DNA of 62,218 nucleotides from Verrucomicrobiota bacterium (GTDB lineage Bacteria; Verrucomicrobiota; Kiritimatiellia; RFP12; UBA1067): NCBI GenBank assembly GCA_022704145.1, contig JAKJGY010000002.1, positions 1 to 62,218 of the forward strand, read 5' to 3'. Shown piece by piece: positions 57,125 to 62,218 of this stretch (position 1 is its first letter; each line of letters starts with the position of its first letter). The notes under the pieces were generated by a model. It saw only the letters and a program-made list of their open reading frames with translations, ran no database searches and was not told where the DNA came from. The position numbers and the translations under genes were made by a program.

Positions 57125-57907
57125 ATGGTGGTGCGAAAGGTGACGCGGGCGCGTAAGATCACGGGCGTGCCGATCTTGGAGCGGACGCTGGGGCTGCTGG
57201 AGTACCTGAGCCAGTGCCCGGCCGGCGTGGCGCTGAGCGAGATCGCGCGGGCGCAGAAGATCCCGAAGAATACGACCTACCGGATGCTGAACACGCTCTG
57301 CGCGCGCGGCTACGTGGCGCGTAACGAGGCGGAGCTGACCTACCGGCTCACGCGCAAGCTGGCGACACTCGTCTATTCCAGCGCGCAGGACGGAAGCCTG
57401 ATCGAGAAGGCGCTCGGGCCGATGCGCGCGCTACGTGACCGCGTGAAGGAGACGGTGGTGATCAGCATCCTCGACGGATCGGAGGGGATCGTGCTGGAGC
57501 AGGTTCCGGGGTTGTACCCGTTCCGTTTCGTTTGCGATCCGGGCACGCGGCAGCCGCTGCACGCGTCGGCCTCCACCAAAGCCATCCTCGCGTTTCTTCC
57601 ATCGGAGGAGCGCGAGGCGCGCCTTTCCGGTCTGACCTTTGCGCGTTTCACGGAGAACACCCTCACGCGGGCCGCCGCCTTCCGCAAGGAGCTGGCCGAG
57701 ACGCAGGCGCGCGGCTACGGCATCGACCGCGCCGAGGCTTTGCACGGTGTTCACTGTGTTGCGGCGCCTGTGCTGAACCGGCAGCGCCAGCCTGTGGCGG
57801 CGATCACGGTGACGGGGCCGGACGAGCGGTTGCGCGCGGAGGATTTCGCGCAGATCGGCGAATGGGTCAAGGCGTGCGCGCGCGAGGTCTCGGAAGGGAT
57901 CGCGTGA
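57125..57907 (+). CDS. IclR-family transcriptional regulator
   Basis: VPILERTLGLLE..LSEIAR..PKNTTYRMLNTL HTH; PLHASASTKAIL; RGYGID..CVAAPV..AITVTGP. Confidence 0.95.
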   Translation: MVVRKVTRARKITGVPILERTLGLLEYLSQCPAGVALSEIARAQKIPKNTTYRMLNTLCARGYVARNEAELTYRLTRKLATLVYSSAQDGSLIEKALGPMRALRDRVKETVVISILDGSEGIVLEQVPGLYPFRFVCDPGTRQPLHASASTKAILAFLPSEEREARLSGLTFARFTENTLTRAAAFRKELAETQARGYGIDRAEALHGVHCVAAPVLNRQRQPVAAITVTGPDERLRAEDFAQIGEWVKACAREVSEGIA

Positions 57908-57919
57908 GGGCTGGGAAGG

Positions 57920-57965
57920 AACGTTCAACGTTTAACGCTTGCGGCTTAAGGCGGGCGGAGCCCGC
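57920..57965 (+). repeat. Three AACGTTY-like 7-mers followed by a small GC hairpin
   Basis: AACGTTC AACGTTT AACGCTT; GCGGGC-GGA-GCCCGC at 57951-57965. Confidence 0.55.
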
Positions 57966-57975
57966 AAACCAAACC

Positions 57976-58075
57976 GGAATACTGGAATGGTGGAAAGAGG
58001 GAATGGTGGAATGATGGGGTTTGAGACCGAAGCAGCCGAAGTTCTCTTCCAACATTCCAGTATTCCACCCTTCCA
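57976..58075. repeat. 8-nt-period GGAATnnT hairpin element, copy D
   Basis: GGAATACT GGAATGGT GGAAAGAG GGAATGGT GGAATGAT ... TTCCAACATTCCAGTATTCCACCCTTCCA. Confidence 0.85.
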
Positions 58076-58137
58076 AAACAACTTGTTGTTAATCACAGTT
58101 TTTCGTTTGTAAGGCACCTAACGGTTAAGGACGGGAC

Positions 58138-61100
58138 ATGATGTACCGATTGATGACAGCCTGTTGCTGGATGAGCCTGACCGTGGCCTGCGGTGTGGCC
58201 GCGGAGCCGGCGCGCAGCCCGCTGATGCGGGGCGGGATGGCGGCGGCGCCGCTCGCGGCCGACGTGACGGGCGCCAAAGAGCTGACGCTCGTGGCCACCG
58301 TCGGCCCCGACAACTACGACTACGACCAGGCGGTATGGGGTAACCCGAAGCTGATCCTGGCCGACGGGTCTTCAGTCGATCTGGCCACCTTGCGGCCGCT
58401 TGCGGCCGAGGTCGGCTGGGGCACGCTGCAGGTCAACAAGGGGCTGGGCGGGGCGCTGCACATCGCCGGCCAGAAGCTGGCGAGCGGTTTCTGGGCCCAC
58501 GCGCCGTCGGAGCTGACCTTCGCGCTGCCGCCGAACGCGGTGCGCTTCGAGGCGCTGGTCGGGCTGACGGCGCCGAAAGACAAGGGCAGTGTGGTTTTCG
58601 AGGCGCAGTCCGGCGAGGGGATGGCGCAGCGGCAGGCGCTGGAGCGCCGGTTGGCGCGCGTGAACCTCGACGCGCTGGAGCGTCTGATCGCGTGGCGGCT
58701 GACGCGCACGCCCGAGCAGCGGGAGCGGCTGCTGGCCGCGCGGGCCAGTCTGTCGGCGGCGCGGGCGGGCGTGCTGGACGAGGCCAAGGCGGCCGAGGTC
58801 GAGGCGCTGACGCGCATGCTCATGCTGGAGACCAACCCGGCGGTGGTGTTTGACGAGATCCTCTTCATCCGGCGCAGGTCGGGTCGCTACCTGCCGCAGA
58901 ACTGGCAGAGCAACTCGGTGCTGCCTAAGAACGGCCATGACAACGTGCTGTGCGCGCTGCGCGTGCGCGGGACGGGCGCCGGCAAGGTACGCGAGATCCA
59001 CACGCCGTCGGCCGGCGCCTTCATCGGCGACGTTGAGCTTCACTGGGACGCGGACCGGCTGCTCTTCTCGTCGACCGGCGCTTCCAACGCCTGGCACGTC
59101 TTCGAGCTGCGCTTGGCCGACGGCAGCGTGCGGCAGGTGTCGCAAGATAACGATGCTTCGGTGAACCACTATGACGCCTGCTACTTGCCTGACGAGCGCA
59201 TCATGTTCACCTGTACGGCGCTCAAGTACGCCGTGCCATGCGTCAACGGCTCCACGCCTGTGGCGAACCTGTTCCGTATGAACGCCGACGGTTCGGAGAT
59301 GGAATTGCTGGCCAGCGACCAGGAGCACAGTTGGAGCCCGACAGTACTGCCGGACGGCCGCGTGATGTATCTGCGCTGGGAGTACGCCGACCTGCCGCAC
59401 GCCAACTCGCGTATCCTTTTCACCTGCAACCCGGATGGAACCAATCAGCGCGCGCTCTACGGCAGCAATTCGTTTTGGCCGAACGGCATCTTCTACGCGC
59501 GGCCGATACCCGGCAAGCCGATGCAGTTCGTCGGCGTGGTCACCGGACATCACGGCCACGCGCGTAAGGGCGAGCTGACGCTCTTCGATGTGAACTTGGG
59601 AACGCAGGAGGCAGAAGGCGCGGTACAGCGCTTTCCCGGCTATGGCAAGCCGGTCGAGGCGGTTGTGAAAGACCAGCTCGCCAACGGCTCCTGGCCGCTC
59701 TACCTGCACCCCTTCCCGCTCGACGACACGACGGTGCTGGTGGCTATGCAGCCGGACGCCAAGGCCAAGATGGGGCTCTACCTCGTGGACCGTTTCGACA
59801 ACGTGCTGCCGCTTCTGGAGGACGCCGCCTGCGACCTGCTCGAACCGGTGCCGCTGGCCGCCACGCCGCGGCCGCGGGTGCGGCCTGACCGCGTCGCCAA
59901 GGACGACCCCGAGGCCACGGTCTACATCGCCGACATCTACGAGGGGCCGGGGCTGAAGGGTGTGCCGCGGGGCGAGGTCAAGAGCCTGCGCCTCTACACC
60001 TACACCTATGGGTTCTCCGGCCAGGGCGGACTCTACGGCTCGATCGGCATGGACGGGCCGTGGGACATGCGCCGCACGCTGGGCAGCGTGCCGATCAACC
60101 CGGACGGCTCGGCGCTCTTCAAGGTGCCGGCCAACACGCCGATCGCGCTGCAGCCGTTGGACGCCGAGGGCAAGGCGTTGCAGGTGATGCGGAGCTGGTT
60201 CGCGGCCCGCAACGGTGAGTACCTCTCCTGTGTCGGCTGCCACGAGCCCGCCTCGTTCACGCCGCAGACCGTGGCGACCAAGACGCCCGCTAAGCCCGCC
60301 GCCATCGCGCCGTGGCGCGGGCCGTTCCGCAACTTCGAGTTCGCGCGCGAGGTGCAGCCCGTGCTCGACGCCGCCTGCGTGCGTTGCCACAATCAGCCCG
60401 ACCCGCCGATGGCTGAGCGTTTCGGCGACAAGCGTTGGAAGCCCGACCTGCGCGGAGATGTCATGATCACTGACTGGCACACGAAGATGGCTGGTCAGGC
60501 GCCCAAGGAGATGGCCGGTAAGTTCTCAGTGGCGTATGCGAACCTGCACCGTTACGTGCGACGGCCGGGTATAGAGAGCGACATTCACCTCCCGGTGCCG
60601 ATGGAGTGGCATGCGGACACCACCGAGTTGCTGCTGCTGCTGCAGAAGGGGCACCATGGGGTACGTCTGAGCGAGGAGGCTCTGGACCGGCTGGTCACGT
60701 GGATCGACTACAATGCGCCTTACCATGGACGGTGGCAGACGATCGTCAACCCCTCCTCGGCCACGGCCAAAGAGGCGGTGCGTGCCGGGATGCGCGCACG
60801 TTATGCGGGCCTTGAGGAGAACCACGAGACGATTGACGCGCCGCCGGTCGTCCTCGTCGCCGCCGACCCGACGCCCGAAGCTGTGCGGCCTGTGGGCGAC
60901 ACGGCCTGTGACGGCTGGCCTTTTGATCCGGCCTCAAAGCCTGCTAATCCCGCCGGGGCGCTCGATCTTGGCGACGGCGTGACGCTGGAGCTGGTCGCGG
61001 TGCCGGACGGCGCGTTCCTGATGGGATCCGCCGAAGGTTACCGCGATGAGGCGCCGGTGACACGGGTGGAGGTCAAGACTTTCAAGCTGGGGCGGATCGA

Positions 61101-61794
61101 GGTCACCAACCGTCAGTTCCGGCGTTTCCGCCCGTCGCACGACAGCCGCCGCGAGTCGCGGCACGGCTATCAGTTCGGCGTCACGGGATACGACGTCAAC
61201 GGCGATGACGCGCCCGCCGTGCGCGTGTCATGGGAGGACGCGGTCGCGTTCTGCGACTGGCTCGCGGCGCGGTCAGGACGCAAGGTCGTGTTGCCGACCG
61301 AGGCGCAGTGGGAGTGGGCCGCTCGCGCGGGTTCGGACAAGCCCTTCTGGTACGGCGGGCTCGACGCCGACTTCGCGCCGTACGCGAACCTGGCCGACGT
61401 GTCGCTGGCGGACTTTTCGGGCAACCCCTACGAGCAGGACTACGTGAAGGCGCGTTACAAGAACCCCGAGAACATCTACGACAACTGGATCCCGCAGATC
61501 TCAAGCGTCAACGACGGCGGTTTCCTGAGCGAGGTGTCGGGCAAGTGGAAGCCGAACGCATGGGGCCTGAGCGACCTGCACGGTAACGCGGCGGAGTGGA
61601 CGCGCTCGGCGTACACGCCGTACCCGTACCGCGACGGCGACGGCCGAAACGCGCGCGAGGGCGCTATGAAGCGCGTGGTGCGCGGCGGCTCGTGGTGGGA
61701 CCGGCCCAAGCACGCGACCGCCTCGTTCCGGCGCGCCTACCGGCCCTACCAGCCGGTTTACAACGTCGGCTTCCGTGTCGCGGTCGAGGAGTGA
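58138..61794 (+). CDS. Secreted NPCBM + beta-propeller/HZS-alpha-like + diheme (2x CxxCH) + FGE-sulfatase-fold protein
   Basis: Signal peptide; NPCBM-like WAHAPSELTFAL..FEALVG; propeller (HVFELRL, DACYLPD, PTVLPDGRVMYLRWEY); LGSVPINPDGSALFKVPA; CVGCH and CVRCH; FLMGS..EVTN..VSWEDA..LPTEAQWE..GNAAEW..VVRGGSW..VGFRV. Confidence 0.8.
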   Translation: MMYRLMTACCWMSLTVACGVAAEPARSPLMRGGMAAAPLAADVTGAKELTLVATVGPDNYDYDQAVWGNPKLILADGSSVDLATLRPLAAEVGWGTLQVNKGLGGALHIAGQKLASGFWAHAPSELTFALPPNAVRFEALVGLTAPKDKGSVVFEAQSGEGMAQRQALERRLARVNLDALERLIAWRLTRTPEQRERLLAARASLSAARAGVLDEAKAAEVEALTRMLMLETNPAVVFDEILFIRRRSGRYLPQNWQSNSVLPKNGHDNVLCALRVRGTGAGKVREIHTPSAGAFIGDVELHWDADRLLFSSTGASNAWHVFELRLADGSVRQVSQDNDASVNHYDACYLPDERIMFTCTALKYAVPCVNGSTPVANLFRMNADGSEMELLASDQEHSWSPTVLPDGRVMYLRWEYADLPHANSRILFTCNPDGTNQRALYGSNSFWPNGIFYARPIPGKPMQFVGVVTGHHGHARKGELTLFDVNLGTQEAEGAVQRFPGYGKPVEAVVKDQLANGSWPLYLHPFPLDDTTVLVAMQPDAKAKMGLYLVDRFDNVLPLLEDAACDLLEPVPLAATPRPRVRPDRVAKDDPEATVYIADIYEGPGLKGVPRGEVKSLRLYTYTYGFSGQGGLYGSIGMDGPWDMRRTLGSVPINPDGSALFKVPANTPIALQPLDAEGKALQVMRSWFAARNGEYLSCVGCHEPASFTPQTVATKTPAKPAAIAPWRGPFRNFEFAREVQPVLDAACVRCHNQPDPPMAERFGDKRWKPDLRGDVMITDWHTKMAGQAPKEMAGKFSVAYANLHRYVRRPGIESDIHLPVPMEWHADTTELLLLLQKGHHGVRLSEEALDRLVTWIDYNAPYHGRWQTIVNPSSATAKEAVRAGMRARYAGLEENHETIDAPPVVLVAADPTPEAVRPVGDTACDGWPFDPASKPANPAGALDLGDGVTLELVAVPDGAFLMGSAEGYRDEAPVTRVEVKTFKLGRIEVTNRQFRRFRPSHDSRRESRHGYQFGVTGYDVNGDDAPAVRVSWEDAVAFCDWLAARSGRKVVLPTEAQWEWAARAGSDKPFWYGGLDADFAPYANLADVSLADFSGNPYEQDYVKARYKNPENIYDNWIPQISSVNDGGFLSEVSGKWKPNAWGLSDLHGNAAEWTRSAYTPYPYRDGDGRNAREGAMKRVVRGGSWWDRPKHATASFRRAYRPYQPVYNVGFRVAVEE

Positions 61795-61800
61795 GGGCCG

Positions 61801-62218
61801 CTAGTGCGTGCAGGCCCGCCAGTCGGCAAGGGTGTGGAAGGCCGGCGTCAGGACCGGAGCGAGCGACTGGTAGAGCGCCGCGAGCGGCGCGTAGCGTGCG
61901 TGGCGGGCCGCGTCGGGCTGGAAGATGCGGGTCTGTCCCTTGACGCGTTCGGCGGCCTCGTCGAGGCTCGGCCAGACGCCGAGCGCGACGCCGGCTAGGA
62001 GGGCCGCGCCGAGCGGCGAGGTGTCCTGGATCTCCGAGACCTCGACCGGGAGGCCGGAGATGTCGGCCTTGTTCTGCAGCCAGAAGGCGTTACGCGTGGC
62101 GCCGCCTGAGGCGACGAGCCGTTCGACCGGCGTGCCCAGGCCGCGCTCCATGGTCTGTAGGATGTGGAGGAACTGGAAGTTGAGCCCTTCGATCACAGCG
62201 CGGTAGAGGTCGGCGCGC
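61801..62218 (-). CDS. FGGY-family carbohydrate kinase, C-terminal part (5' end beyond the window)
   Basis: YRAVIEGL, GGATRNAFWLQNKADI, LGAALLAGVALG. Confidence 0.85.
   Translation of the reverse strand, partial: RADLYRAVIEGLNFQFLHILQTMERGLGTPVERLVASGGATRNAFWLQNKADISGLPVEVSEIQDTSPLGAALLAGVALGVWPSLDEAAERVKGQTRIFQPDAARHARYAPLAALYQSLAPVLTPAFHTLADWRACTH

Noticed and set aside
58138-61794. Evidence for anammox or for a true formylglycine-generating enzyme
   Set aside because: No other hzs/hdh genes are present and the FGE catalytic cysteines are absent.

Overview
High-GC bacterial chromosomal window. It most resembles Kiritimatiellota/PVC (inference from the nusA-infB-rbfA-truB-ribF order without rimP, a type-2 IleRS, and many giant secreted LTD/CotH/PATR/HZS-like proteins). 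Housekeeping genes (nadB, queA, ileS, nusA operon, secG) are interspersed with carbohydrate-related accessory loci: an esterase-rich cluster, a 5.3 kb frameshifted secreted dual-esterase gene, an SSS transporter with a sugar isomerase and a DUF4962/heparinase II/III lyase, a Tat-exported Gfo/Idh/MocA enzyme with a HEAT-F5/8 lipoprotein, and an IclR-controlled operon (FGGY kinase, two UroD-fold proteins, complete AcoA/AcoB/E2/E3-type complex). Strongest candidates for undescribed biology: (1) an HUH/RAYT-type Y1 nuclease fused to a DprA/SLOG-like domain; (2) several families of short-period tandem-repeat hairpin elements, including four copies of an 8-nt GGAATnnT family and one element sitting in-frame in the E2 linker; (3) the kinase-UroD-Aco operon as an unknown sugar-cleavage pathway; (4) a convergent type II R-M pair whose leaderless HTH-methyltransferase promoter has two tandem GACGTC palindromes filling the -35/-10 spacer. 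No tRNA, rRNA or CRISPR array was seen. All domain calls come from motif recognition by eye, not database searches.
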